64,000 bases of DNA from Promethearchaeota archaeon (GTDB lineage Archaea > Asgardarchaeota > Lokiarchaeia > Sigyniarchaeales > SOKP01): contig JBHLLT010000001.1 in NCBI GenBank assembly GCA_048938855.1, positions 256,124 through 320,123 on the forward strand, written 5' to 3'. The notes below the pieces were generated by a model. It was not told the origin of the DNA. It ran no database searches and saw only the letters and a program-made list of their open reading frames with translations. Shown here piece by piece: positions 28,587 through 38,890 of the stretch. The translations under genes were made by a program, and so were the position numbers. Position 1 is the stretch's first letter. The number at the start of each line of letters is the position of its first letter.

Positions 28587-29612
28587 ATGAGCAATATTAA
28601 AATGAGTAAATTATTTTTAATCGATCAAGGAAATTTAAAAGAAATCAATAAACCAATCTTTTCCAGTGGAGATGTTTATCTATTAGACATTGAGAATACA
28701 ATTTTCGTCTGGATAGGTAATAAATGCTCAGTAGATGAGAAAACTGCAGGAGCTGCTCACGCGCGAACACTAGATCAACAACGTGGCGGTGCAGCTAAAA
28801 TTATTACAGTAGATCAAGGCCAAGAATCAAATGAATTTATGAAAGCAATTAGTCCTATGGGGGCGATGAAGATTGTTGAAAAGAATTTTGCTAAAACCCT
28901 ACTTAAAGATGTGACTACTGGTGACTGGGCAGGTTTTACAGAATGGAAAAATGTTCTCTACCGAGTTTCTTCAGAAGAATTCGAAGATATTAATGCTATG
29001 AAAATGATTCAAGTTCCCTTTAAAAAAGATTCATTAGATACAGAAGATTGTTTTGTCGCAGATTTGGGGAATAAAGTCTACATTTGGCAAGGAAAAGCCT
29101 GTACTGTAACTGAAAGAGTTAGAGCAGGACAATGGGCACGAGCTATAGATGTTGACAGAGCGGGATTGCAGCAAGAAACTATCTTTGAAGAGGGGGATGA
29201 TGCTAAGTTTATGGCTGCTTTAGACAGAGGTGAGGATTATAAAGAATCCGATGCTGTCCAACTAAAAGCAGAATCAGTACTAGAAGGTATAGATGAAGAT
29301 GACAAGATTGCTGCAGCAATTCAACCTGAGTTTAAGTCTGAAGTTAGAGATGTGTCACCAAAGGAATTACAAGCGGATATTTCTGAAATAAAGGCTTCTG
29401 GAGCCGCTCCAGGGATTCCTGGTAAAACAGATACCTCTATTTTAACGGTTGAGAAAATGGAAGGTCGCCGTAAATGTCCTGAATGTGGGACAGATGATCC
29501 CCACATGATTCACGAAAGTATTGATAAATCCAATATAGTTTTAGATTATCCACGAATTTATGGCAAAAAATATCTCTGCGGTCAATGTGGCTGCAATTGG
29601 CGCGAGAAATAA
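28587..29612 (+). CDS. Two-domain gelsolin-family protein with a C-terminal Zn ribbon
   Basis: Gelsolin repeats FSSGDVYLLD...IFVWIGNKCSVDEK..A..A and SLDTEDCFVADLGNKVYIWQG....ER; C-terminal CPEC...CGQC. Confidence 0.9.
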   Translation: MSNIKMSKLFLIDQGNLKEINKPIFSSGDVYLLDIENTIFVWIGNKCSVDEKTAGAAHARTLDQQRGGAAKIITVDQGQESNEFMKAISPMGAMKIVEKNFAKTLLKDVTTGDWAGFTEWKNVLYRVSSEEFEDINAMKMIQVPFKKDSLDTEDCFVADLGNKVYIWQGKACTVTERVRAGQWARAIDVDRAGLQQETIFEEGDDAKFMAALDRGEDYKESDAVQLKAESVLEGIDEDDKIAAAIQPEFKSEVRDVSPKELQADISEIKASGAAPGIPGKTDTSILTVEKMEGRRKCPECGTDDPHMIHESIDKSNIVLDYPRIYGKKYLCGQCGCNWREK

Positions 29613-29709
29613 CCCAAAAAATAAAATAAATGTTTTTTCTTTCCTTTTTTTAAAAAAACTTAGTGTAGATTGAAGTAAAGTAATTCTTTTAAATTAAAAT
29701 CATTCTAAT

Positions 29710-30777
29710 TTAGGGTTTTTGAAGATCTCTGCGCATTAGTTTGATTCTTTTTTTAAGTTCGATTATTTCTTTTTCTTTTTCTTCGAGATCTGATTCTAAT
29801 TTCGATTTTTCATCTTTAATTTTCTGAAGTTCTTCTTTTTGTTTTGTATCACTAGGTTGTTTCAACTGTTCTCTCAATCCTTTTACTTCTTGTGTTTTAT
29901 CATCAAGCATACTTCGCATATTAGCGAGTTCTAATTCGAACTTTCCAGTTATGTTTCCGGCCTTTTTATGCGCTTCTTCCAATTTTTCCTCGTAACGTTC
30001 AAGTAATTCTTGGATAGATATGTTCTTTTGTTTTAATTCTTCGATTTCCATTGCCAAGGTTTTGTTTCTTTCTACTTTCTTTTCGAGATCTTTCTTAACT
30101 AGATTGAATGTTTCTAACTGTTGTTGGAGATCATGAATTTTTTGGTCAGAGTTCTTTAAATCATTTTCAATCTTAAAAATCTCTTTCTCTTTTTCGGTAA
30201 TGATTTCATCCTTTTTTTCTAGAAGAACCTCAACTTTTTCAAATTTAGATTTTTGGATTGTATCATTTTCAAGATACTGTAATTGCTCCTTTAATTCTTT
30301 TACGAGAACTTCTTTATCATCCAATTTTTTTTGCAAATCTTCACTTTTAACTTGATCTGCTTGTAATTCCTCTAATTGAGAGGTTAAATCTTTTATCTTT
30401 TCTTCTTGTTCGCTTGCAGATGTATTGAATTTTGAGGTTTGTTCTTCAAGTGTAGAGGTTAAATTTTCAATTACATCATTTTTATTCTCTATAGTTTCAT
30501 ATAATTTTTGAACAGCTTGATTTTGGGAATCGGAATCTTCTGCTTTTTGAGACAATTCTTGAACTGTCTGTTCTAAATTTTCTATCGTTTCATTTTTTTC
30601 AGTAATTTCGCCAATTAATCTTTTATTTTCTTCCATAAAGAAGTTCAATTGTTCTTTAAGGTTATCATCAGGTTCTGCACTAGGTGGTACTTCATCTTTT
30701 TCTTCTACCCAACCGAGTTGACCTAAAGCCTCTACAATAGATTTATCGTTATCTTCTTCACGATCTTCCTCTGCCAT
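29710..30777 (-). CDS. Long coiled-coil protein
   Basis: About 300 aa of E/K/L/Q heptads after an acidic N-terminal head. ATG 30777 has a GAGGTGA RBS. Confidence 0.8.
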   Translation of the reverse strand: MAEEDREEDNDKSIVEALGQLGWVEEKDEVPPSAEPDDNLKEQLNFFMEENKRLIGEITEKNETIENLEQTVQELSQKAEDSDSQNQAVQKLYETIENKNDVIENLTSTLEEQTSKFNTSASEQEEKIKDLTSQLEELQADQVKSEDLQKKLDDKEVLVKELKEQLQYLENDTIQKSKFEKVEVLLEKKDEIITEKEKEIFKIENDLKNSDQKIHDLQQQLETFNLVKKDLEKKVERNKTLAMEIEELKQKNISIQELLERYEEKLEEAHKKAGNITGKFELELANMRSMLDDKTQEVKGLREQLKQPSDTKQKEELQKIKDEKSKLESDLEEKEKEIIELKKRIKLMRRDLQKP

Positions 30778-30802
30778 ATATTTAAAATCACCTCTCAATC
30801 TA

Positions 30803-31312
30803 TTAAATTTTATTATTTTCTATATCTATATAACTTTTCCTACCTTTGCCAAAAACGTATTTTTTATCGAGAAAAAATTTCGTGAGATATCCTATACAAA
30901 GTGCTACAAAAACACTTATCTCAAATGGTGTTTTTAGAAAGTTTCTCAACAAAAATTGAATTCCGACATTTTCTATTGTAGTAAGAATTGCGAAACCGAA
31001 GTATTTTGTGAATTCAATTGAAGTTTGTTTCGATCCAGTACCACTTCTTTTAAATACTATATGTTTATCTAAGAAGAACTTTATAATATATGTAATTCCA
31101 ACTGCTACAATAGAGCCAATTAATTCTGGCATATTATATGGATTAGTGGAACAATAAAATACTTGAAAGAATTCTATTGAGCCTAAACTAGCACATATAA
31201 AAGGGGCGAGAATTTCATTTAATTTTTGAATTAAATAATTAAGACCAATCATAACTGCCGCAAATGTAAAGTAAAGCAGCATTTGTCTTTTTATATCGTT
31301 TTGTTTATCCAT
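30803..31312 (-). CDS. GtrA-like membrane protein
   Basis: Two repeats ending KFFLDKHIVF / KFFLDKKYVF; four TM segments. Confidence 0.75.
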   Translation of the reverse strand: MDKQNDIKRQMLLYFTFAAVMIGLNYLIQKLNEILAPFICASLGSIEFFQVFYCSTNPYNMPELIGSIVAVGITYIIKFFLDKHIVFKRSGTGSKQTSIEFTKYFGFAILTTIENVGIQFLLRNFLKTPFEISVFVALCIGYLTKFFLDKKYVFGKGRKSYIDIENNKI

Positions 31313-31325
31313 ATTTTACCACATA

Positions 31326-31619
31326 TTATTTAATATTTAATTTTTCTCCACAATGGTAGCAAAACTGCGCTTTAGGCTCTGTTATTTCTCCTCCACATTT
31401 CTGGCAGTATCTTACTACCCCATGTTTATTGTGGTTATATGATGAAGTTTGAGGAATTTCCTTTTCATAAACTTTATCCTTATTTCTTATAGTGCTAAAA
31501 GAGAATGGTAAAAGACAAATAATTGGAATAAAGAAAAAGTAGTCTATTAATAATGATAAAACTAAGAAAACAATAAAAAGCGCAATGAAAACTAAGTTTA
31601 AAACAATATTTCGATTCAT
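31326..31619 (-). CDS. Small membrane protein with a C-terminal zinc ribbon
   Basis: N-terminal TM hairpin, then YCQKCG...AQFCYHCG. Confidence 0.8.
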   Translation of the reverse strand: MNRNIVLNLVFIALFIVFLVLSLLIDYFFFIPIICLLPFSFSTIRNKDKVYEKEIPQTSSYNHNKHGVVRYCQKCGGEITEPKAQFCYHCGEKLNIK

Positions 31620-31668
31620 TATTAGCTTAAACTAATTTTATAATAAAAAGGTAATCATAATAGAACCC

Positions 31669-32247
31669 TTATTCTTCAAGACGTTCTTTCCAAGAATCTT
31701 TTCTTGGCTCCTCTGGCGCATTTGAAGAAACATACGATGAGAGTCCTACACCTTGTTGGGGTGAGACAATCCCCATTATTTCTCTCACTTTACTTTGTGT
31801 TTTTCCTCCCATCCCTGTTAGCCGTTTTACTAACCAAATAAAGAAAGAAAAGAAGACCGAGAAGATTAAATAAATTGCGACCCATCCACTCCCGAAGATC
31901 AAGATAGGGAAGGGCAATAATCCACTTGTATAATCAGCATAAATTAGTCCTAACACCATAAAAATTCCAATAAATACGATACATCTCAGACATAAAGGAA
32001 TCATCTGCTTCTTCATCATTAATTTCATGAATTGAGTAGACTCTTGCTGAATTTGAGCCATTTGTTGATAATCTCCCATAAGTTGAGCGTTTTTCAAACG
32101 CTCCCGGAAATTTACTGCTCTTTTTCTCATATCTTGTAAAGTTTCTTTTGTTAATCCTAAATAGTGGTTAAGAACTAGTCCGAGTGCTATCATACCCAAA
32201 GTGAGGAATATTATTTGAATAACTACAAATACTTCTGATATAAGCAT
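31669..32247 (-). CDS. DUF106 / EMC3-TMCO1 (Oxa1 superfamily)-like membrane protein
   Basis: TM1, Met/Gln-rich coiled coil, TM2, then LLPFP...GWVAIYLIFS (typical W..xY motif). Confidence 0.7.
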   Translation of the reverse strand: MLISEVFVVIQIIFLTLGMIALGLVLNHYLGLTKETLQDMRKRAVNFRERLKNAQLMGDYQQMAQIQQESTQFMKLMMKKQMIPLCLRCIVFIGIFMVLGLIYADYTSGLLPFPILIFGSGWVAIYLIFSVFFSFFIWLVKRLTGMGGKTQSKVREIMGIVSPQQGVGLSSYVSSNAPEEPRKDSWKERLEE

Positions 32248-32314
32248 AATTTATCACTATATTATGAAAGCTATTCTACAAATTAAATTTTTTGAATTCT
32301 CATTTTTCACATTT

Positions 32315-33391
32315 TTATCTTAATTTGCCTTCTAAAAAACCTTTAACGTATTTAGCATACACAGTCTTCCAACGAGTTGGGATTGATGATGCTATCGCAC
32401 ATCCCAGACGACAATTATTACAAAAATCGTAATTATCATGCATCTGCATTACTTCTTTTACTTTATGAGAGTTATAGATACTAGATATAGGGTACTTTAA
32501 AGCATTAAAGCTTAAAATTGAATGAATTTTGCATGGATAATTAATAAATCCATCATGACTAATAAATAAATATGCTTCTGCGACATGGCAACGAAGGGTT
32601 TTTTGAAAGTAATTAGGGGTACCACCAAAACCTCCTTTCTCCACTACCTCGACGCTTATTGGATCAGTTAATATGTTACTATATTTTTTCCTTAATGAGC
32701 GTATTAAATTTGCCCATCTAGATATATTTGGTATCAATTTTTCAATGTCTTGGATTTGATAACTTTTGTTCTGGTAATCCCTTATTATATCTTCACAGGG
32801 ATATAACTCAATCGAACATCCTAATCTTTCAGTCAATTGGCAAATATCATCTAATAGATGGATATTATCTTTCATAACTACTGTACTGATGATGGGTTTG
32901 ATATCATATTTATTAGCAAGCTTTATAGAATCCATTACTTTATCAAATACTTTAATTCCTCGCATTCTATCATGTAATTCTGCTGTAGGATAGTCCAGTG
33001 AAAGTAGAATATAGTCTAATCCTTCCATTTTGTTTTTTTTAAACAAGTTAGGCAGTAAGTATCCATTAGTAGCTATTCCATTCATAAAGTCGTGTATTAC
33101 TCCAGTGTAATATATTAACTCAGGTAAATCTTTTCTCAAGGTTGGCTCACCTCCAGTAAAAGAAAGAGAGAGTGCTCCTAATTCAGCAATTTGATCAATT
33201 AGATATTTTATTTGATTAGTAGTCATATCTGTTCCCAAAACAGATTCTGGTAAAGAATGTATAGAACAAAATGAACATTTTCCATTACAACGTAGAGTCA
33301 GCTCAATCTGAGCAGAGTAGGGAATTCTTTTACTTGTAAAATTATTTAGAATAAAATTTCTAATGTATTGAATCCATTTATTGACTCTCAT
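32315..33391 (-). CDS. Radical SAM enzyme with a C-terminal SPASM/twitch-like domain
   Basis: CNGKCSFC, FTGGEP, TNG; C-terminal C...PC...CNNCRLGC. Confidence 0.9.
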   Translation of the reverse strand: MRVNKWIQYIRNFILNNFTSKRIPYSAQIELTLRCNGKCSFCSIHSLPESVLGTDMTTNQIKYLIDQIAELGALSLSFTGGEPTLRKDLPELIYYTGVIHDFMNGIATNGYLLPNLFKKNKMEGLDYILLSLDYPTAELHDRMRGIKVFDKVMDSIKLANKYDIKPIISTVVMKDNIHLLDDICQLTERLGCSIELYPCEDIIRDYQNKSYQIQDIEKLIPNISRWANLIRSLRKKYSNILTDPISVEVVEKGGFGGTPNYFQKTLRCHVAEAYLFISHDGFINYPCKIHSILSFNALKYPISSIYNSHKVKEVMQMHDNYDFCNNCRLGCAIASSIPTRWKTVYAKYVKGFLEGKLR

Positions 33392-33608
33392 TTGAGGAAT
33401 TTAAATGTTCACCGCTCGTCCATTAATATTTTTATAATTATGTATTTAAAGTATAAAGAAATTAAAAATCTAACTTAAAGGTTTCATAATTTAGACTTTT
33501 ATAAAAATATCGTGTTTTATGGAACCAAAAAAAAATAAAAAAAAGGACTGTATGTATTATAAGCGCTCATTAATTTAATCAATTAACTTAATTTGAAAAT
33601 ATGGGGGT

Positions 33609-33953
33609 TTAATATTCGTATCCGCAACTTTTGCAAATATATTTCTTGGCATATATTTTTACACCGCCCATTTGATGTAATACTTGGCTCTTATCTTCAT
33701 GTGTGGTAAAAGCGGTGCCTCCGCACTCTGGACAAATTCTACGACCTTCAACTGGTGGTTTTTCTTCCATTCGCGCCTCTTCTTCTTGTTTATTTACTAT
33801 GGTTGATGGTTTGATAGTTGTAGCAGTGGTTGCAGTTGAAGCTGAGGCTATAGGTGCAGAGCTTACAGAAGTAGGCTCAGTTTTCAATACTTTATCTAGC
33901 TTAGAATTAATTTCTTCAAGTAATTTCAATACTTTTTGCTCGAATTCTGACAA
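33609..33953 (-). CDS. Small coiled-coil + S/T/A linker + Zn-ribbon protein
   Basis: VLKLLEEINSKLDKVL; EGRRICPECG...KKYICKSCG; AAGGAG RBS before the TTG start. Confidence 0.8.
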   Translation of the reverse strand: MSEFEQKVLKLLEEINSKLDKVLKTEPTSVSSAPIASASTATTATTIKPSTIVNKQEEEARMEEKPPVEGRRICPECGGTAFTTHEDKSQVLHQMGGVKIYAKKYICKSCGYEY

Positions 33954-34201
33954 AAAAGGTCTCCTTTGAAAATTTATTTTTTAATTTTAAAACTATTTTT
34001 TTTAACAATCTAATCTAAGTTAGATTTTATATATTTTAGTAAAATGAAACATGTAGAAAAGATCATTTTAATTTTTAATTTAAGTGCATTATCCCGATAA
34101 GTTCTAATATTAATTGACGGATTTATCTCATCAGAATAATTTAATTATTAACTAATATATATATTCAATTTAAAACATAGTGATGTGAGCGTGTTTTATA
34201 G

Positions 34202-35683
34202 ATGGAAAAATTAGTTTTTGCATATATCTCTGATTGTTTAGATCCAAAGGATTTAATCCTTGCAGCGAGTATTCGTGAATTTGGAGAATCTTTATCAGAT
34301 TATCCGATTTGGGTGTTAGTTCCAAAATTGAAGGAAAAGATAGATAATGATATGAAAAAATTATTTTTATCTCTGAATGTTGATCTAATTCCTCTTTCAA
34401 CAGAGGAGGAGCCAAAATTTCCTTTTATTACTCATGTTCTTGCTGCTGCAAATGCCGAATCATTAGCAAAAGGAAAAGCAAAACTTCTTGCATGGCTAGG
34501 TTCAAATACTATCATTTTTAATGAACCGAGACACTTTCTATTAGATAATGATAAGATTTTAGGTTATCGACCAGTTCATCACACAAACATTGGATCATTT
34601 TACAATGAACTAATAGATCCATTTTGGGAACTAGTATATCAAAAATGCAATGTGTCTGAAGAACAGATTTTTCCGATGAAAACACATGTAGATCATAACG
34701 AGCTTCGACCTTACTTTAATGCAGGTTGTTTAATTATTAGACCAGAGAAGGGATTACTTCAGTCATGGTGGAATTCATATAAAAAATTATATAATGAACA
34801 ATATTTTAAAGAATTTTATGATAAGAATTATCTCTATGCTATTTTCATTCATCAAGCAGTCTTATCAGGTGTTATTCTTTCAACCTTGAAAAGGAATGAA
34901 CTATATGAACTACCATTTGATTATAATTATCCATTAAATCTATATTACAACTGTCCATTTACTTATCGGGTTAAAGATGTTAACAATTTAATTACGGTTC
35001 GGTATGAGGATCTAGGAGAACTGAATAAGGTTCCTATTCAAGATCCTTTGAAAAGTTGGTTAGCAAATCAAATAAATAAGTTCTATCTAAAAACATTATC
35101 CTCCGCTGAGAAAGTTAAATTTGGAAAAGTTGCTTTAGTTTATCCCATCCCTATCATTCTTGCTGGAGCACTTGTTAATAATCAACCTAACTTTGAGACA
35201 TTGGGAGACGTGGGAATAATGGGTATTAAACCTCCACTTGTTTATATTTCATCTGGTCAAGATCATTATACAAATAAAGGAATCCTCGAACATGGAACCT
35301 TTAGCATTAATTTTCCAACAACTCAACTTCTAGCAAAAACTGATTATTGCGGAATAGCATCTGGAAATGATGTAGATAAATCAAATTTATTTAGTATTTT
35401 CTATGGTGACCTAAAAACAGCACCCATGATTCGAGAATGTCCTGTGAATTTAGAATGTAAAGTGATCAAGAAATTCTCAATTCAACATCGACAGATATTT
35501 ATTGGAGATGTTGTGCAATCTTATGTTAATGGAGATTATGTGATTAAAACTGAAGAAGGGTTGAATATTGCAGATATGGTAAAACTAGACCCTATTATCT
35601 ACTCATTAGATAATCATTATTATAAAATTGGCAAAATAGTTGGAATAGGATACCAAGAAGGTAAGAAAATTAAAAGTAATTAG
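34202..35683 (+). CDS. GT8-like glycosyltransferase-fold domain fused to a flavoredoxin/flavin-reductase domain
   Basis: N-terminal YFNAGCL, HQAVLS, LPFDYNYP; C-terminal YPIPIILAGALVNNQPNF...KTAPMIRECPVNLECKV. Confidence 0.75.
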   Translation: MEKLVFAYISDCLDPKDLILAASIREFGESLSDYPIWVLVPKLKEKIDNDMKKLFLSLNVDLIPLSTEEEPKFPFITHVLAAANAESLAKGKAKLLAWLGSNTIIFNEPRHFLLDNDKILGYRPVHHTNIGSFYNELIDPFWELVYQKCNVSEEQIFPMKTHVDHNELRPYFNAGCLIIRPEKGLLQSWWNSYKKLYNEQYFKEFYDKNYLYAIFIHQAVLSGVILSTLKRNELYELPFDYNYPLNLYYNCPFTYRVKDVNNLITVRYEDLGELNKVPIQDPLKSWLANQINKFYLKTLSSAEKVKFGKVALVYPIPIILAGALVNNQPNFETLGDVGIMGIKPPLVYISSGQDHYTNKGILEHGTFSINFPTTQLLAKTDYCGIASGNDVDKSNLFSIFYGDLKTAPMIRECPVNLECKVIKKFSIQHRQIFIGDVVQSYVNGDYVIKTEEGLNIADMVKLDPIIYSLDNHYYKIGKIVGIGYQEGKKIKSN

Positions 35684-35701
35684 AGAGAATTTCACAATTG
35701 G

Positions 35702-36103
35702 TTATTGATTTATTTTTGGTAAATCCCTACTTGCAATAATATTGATATCAAGTCCGAGAACATTTTTAATTAGAATATCTCCCATTTTTATTGGAGCTTT
35801 AACTTTTACTTTTGCGATTTCTTTAAGAGTATCCTTCAGTTTCTCTTTTGGAATAGGTTTTTCAGATCTCACAGGTACTAACGGTAAAAAACCAGACTCT
35901 ACTTGCATGGTCGTTGTTAGAATTCGTTTTGGAGCGACAAATTCTTCTCGTGCATATTCTTCTCCCCTTTTACAAGAATGTCCTTCAATTATTAATTCTC
36001 CATTAACGTTTTCAACGTGTACAAGGCAACCTGTTGGGCAAATTATACATCTTATATCCTTAAAGCCTTCAGGAAGCTCAATTTCATTAGATTCGGTTGA
36101 CAT
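35702..36103 (-). CDS. DUF1667 (CxxC) small subunit of the GlpA-like oxidoreductase cluster
   Basis: CIICPTGC...GHSCKRG..YA..E...PKRILTTT. Confidence 0.88.
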   Translation of the reverse strand: MSTESNEIELPEGFKDIRCIICPTGCLVHVENVNGELIIEGHSCKRGEEYAREEFVAPKRILTTTMQVESGFLPLVPVRSEKPIPKEKLKDTLKEIAKVKVKAPIKMGDILIKNVLGLDINIIASRDLPKINQ

Positions 36104-36125
36104 ATCTCATTACCTCTTTATATGA

Positions 36126-37424
36126 TCAATCCTCTTCAATTAAAACCTCAGGTCGTGGAATAACTTCGACTTCTAAGGTTTTACATTCAGGATCTATTTG
36201 TTGCTCATTTAAGTTTAATTTGATTTCAATCATTTCGCTGGGTATAACGTATCTTCTTTTCCTTTTGTATATTATTTTATTTTTTTCATCTTTAAGTTGA
36301 ATAAGAAGTCTTCTATCAGGTCTTTTAACTCTTAATGTAAAAATTATATCTTTTGATAACTCGGTGCGATTAATTAAGTCGGGCTTTATATAATTTACAT
36401 TTTCACCAGATTTACAAACTATTTGATCTTTTTTCTTAATTTTTATACTAAATCTCTCTTTAATATATTCGACGGCATTTAATCCGGCACGCTTTGCTTC
36501 TGCAGTAACTAAATCAACTAAATCATGAACTTGCAAAACATTACCACATGCAAAAACTCCATCAATAGTCGTTTCTAAATTGTTATCAACTACTGGACCT
36601 CCCATTTGTGATATTTCTGCTCCTGCTCCTCTAGTTAACTCATTTTCAGGAATTAATCCAACTGATAACAGAAGAGCATCACATTCAATAAATTTATCAG
36701 ATCCAATAACTCTATCAAAATTACGATCTACTTTTGAAATTGTTACACCTTGGATTCTATCTTTTCCATGAATTTTTGTTACGGTATAGCTAGTTATTAA
36801 GGGAATTCCATAATCTTCCAAACACTGTACTTCATTTCTTATTAATCCACTTACATACGGTTGAATTTCTACAACAGCTTTAACTTGACAACCTTCCCAG
36901 GTTAAGCGACGAGCCATTATCATCCCAATATCTCCACTTCCTAAAATAACATAAGTTCTACCGGGTAAATATCCTTCAATATTTACAAATCTTTGAGCTT
37001 GTCCAGCAGTGTAAATTCCTGCAGGTCTAAAGCCCGGAATGTTAATTGCTCCTCGAGTTCTTTCGCGGCATCCCATTGCAAGAATAATTGCTTTTGCTTT
37101 AATCTTTATTAATCCTTCTTCTTTGTTTACAGCATAGATTGTTTTGTCTGGTGTGAATTCAATAACCATTGTATCTAATTTATAAGGTATTTTTAATTCT
37201 ATGGCTTGGTTTATAAATCTTTGAACATACTCTGGCCCAGTTAATTCTTCTTCAAACTCATGAAGTCCAAAACCATTATGAATACATTGTAGAGTAATCC
37301 CTCCTAATTCTTTGTCTCTCTCGATAATTAAAACATTTAGGTTTGCTTTCTTTACAACAATAGCTGCAGCCAAACCCGCTGAACCACCACCTATTACTAC
37401 AACATCTACATCATAATTTTTCAT
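36126..37424 (-). CDS. FAD/NAD(P)-dependent oxidoreductase (second subunit of the GlpA-like cluster)
   Basis: GGGSAGLAAA, QCIHNGFG, ELTGPEY, MGCRERTRG, GSGDIGMIMARR, GNVLQVHDLVD. Confidence 0.9.
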   Translation of the reverse strand: MKNYDVDVVVIGGGSAGLAAAIVVKKANLNVLIIERDKELGGITLQCIHNGFGLHEFEEELTGPEYVQRFINQAIELKIPYKLDTMVIEFTPDKTIYAVNKEEGLIKIKAKAIILAMGCRERTRGAINIPGFRPAGIYTAGQAQRFVNIEGYLPGRTYVILGSGDIGMIMARRLTWEGCQVKAVVEIQPYVSGLIRNEVQCLEDYGIPLITSYTVTKIHGKDRIQGVTISKVDRNFDRVIGSDKFIECDALLLSVGLIPENELTRGAGAEISQMGGPVVDNNLETTIDGVFACGNVLQVHDLVDLVTAEAKRAGLNAVEYIKERFSIKIKKKDQIVCKSGENVNYIKPDLINRTELSKDIIFTLRVKRPDRRLLIQLKDEKNKIIYKRKRRYVIPSEMIEIKLNLNEQQIDPECKTLEVEVIPRPEVLIEED

Positions 37425-38890
37425 TCTCCCACTCCTCCTCTTTCACTTTCCAAGACAAAATTTTTAGTTTTTCCCAGTAAGAAATTAGAGTCTTCTCCTC
37501 TCTTTGTGATTTCTTCATAAGATTTATTTAATTCTCTTGATAGGATCTCAATAACGCGAGGTCGACAGAATCCTCCTTGACATCGACCCATACCTGGTCT
37601 ACATCGGAATTTTACACCATCAACCGTATTAGCACCAACTGGAGCATGAATTGCATCGATTATTTCTTTTTCGGGAATAGTTTCACAACGGCATATAATT
37701 CGACCCCAGGTTGGGTCTTCTTGTATTCTTTTATCCAGTTCTTCCTTCGAAAAATCTTTAAATCGTTCGGGTTTAGGCCTGATTGGATTATAATCTTCCT
37801 TTTCTTTTAATTCAACACCTAATAATTCCAGAAACTCAATTACTTTTTCTGCAATTGCAAAAGTTGCTGTTAAACCAGGAGATAAAATCCCTGCGACGTT
37901 TATAAGGCCATAAACATCTGTATTGTCAATAATGAAATCATAGGAATCTGGAACCGCTCTTAATCCTGCAAAATTTCGAATTGAACTCCTCACAGGAAGC
38001 TTTGGGACTAATTTTACACCTCCATCCAAAATTTCTTTTAACCCAGCAGTGGTTGTAGATGTATCTTCAGGATCGGTCAAATTTTGAGCATTTGGCCCAA
38101 CAAACGTATTTCCATGGAGTGTGGGGCAAACCAAAATTCCTTTTGATATCTTGGTAGGAATTGGGAATAGTATTTTATTTAATTGAATAGCATTGCGATC
38201 AAAAAGGATATATTCACCCTTTCTAGGCATTATACTAAAATAATCCAAACCTAGCATTTTAGAAATTCTAGCTGCATGTAATCCAGCGGCATTAATTAGA
38301 TTTCTTCCCTGAAATTCACCCTTATAAGTACGAACTGTGAAAAGATAATCTTGATGTTTAATCTTCACACACTCATGGTTTCTAAAAAATTTTACACCAT
38401 TCATTGCTGCATTTTCTGCCAACGCAAAAGTTAATTCATATGGGCTTGCAAGTCCTGCAGTAGGGGCATGTAATACTCCAACAACTTCATCCGTTAAATT
38501 AGGTTCCAATTTTTTAATTTTCTTTTTATCTAGTATTACTTCTAATTCGGGAATTCCATCTTCAGTTCCCTTTTTTCTCTCTTCCTCTAATTTTTCGATT
38601 TGATTATCCTCTAATGCTACTACAAACGATCCTATCCGCTTGAATGGAAAATTTAATTCTTCTGCCGCTTGGGTATATAATTTATTCCCTCTAATACATA
38701 AATATCGTTTAACATACTCTCTTGAAGATGCATAACCTGCATGTATTACCCCCGAATTAGCCTTAGTAGTTCCAGACGCAATTTCTGCCTCTTTTTCTAA
38801 TAAACATATCTTCAAATCATATCTTGAAAGAGTACGGGCAATGCAACAACCAGTAACCCCGCCTCCAATAATGATTACATCATAAATCAA
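37421..38890 (-). CDS. FAD-dependent glycerol-3-phosphate/2-hydroxyacid dehydrogenase-like protein with a BFD [2Fe-2S] domain
   Basis: GGGVTG, TTKANSGVIHAGY, PRKGEY, SPGLT, ICRCE...GMGRCQGGFC. Confidence 0.88.
   Translation of the reverse strand: MIYDVIIIGGGVTGCCIARTLSRYDLKICLLEKEAEIASGTTKANSGVIHAGYASSREYVKRYLCIRGNKLYTQAAEELNFPFKRIGSFVVALEDNQIEKLEEERKKGTEDGIPELEVILDKKKIKKLEPNLTDEVVGVLHAPTAGLASPYELTFALAENAAMNGVKFFRNHECVKIKHQDYLFTVRTYKGEFQGRNLINAAGLHAARISKMLGLDYFSIMPRKGEYILFDRNAIQLNKILFPIPTKISKGILVCPTLHGNTFVGPNAQNLTDPEDTSTTTAGLKEILDGGVKLVPKLPVRSSIRNFAGLRAVPDSYDFIIDNTDVYGLINVAGILSPGLTATFAIAEKVIEFLELLGVELKEKEDYNPIRPKPERFKDFSKEELDKRIQEDPTWGRIICRCETIPEKEIIDAIHAPVGANTVDGVKFRCRPGMGRCQGGFCRPRVIEILSRELNKSYEEITKRGEDSNFLLGKTKNFVLESERGGVGE

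Noticed and set aside
29710-30777. SMC, tropomyosin or intermediate-filament assignment for the coiled-coil protein
   Set aside because: No Walker motifs or family-specific signature; coiled-coil similarity alone is not diagnostic.
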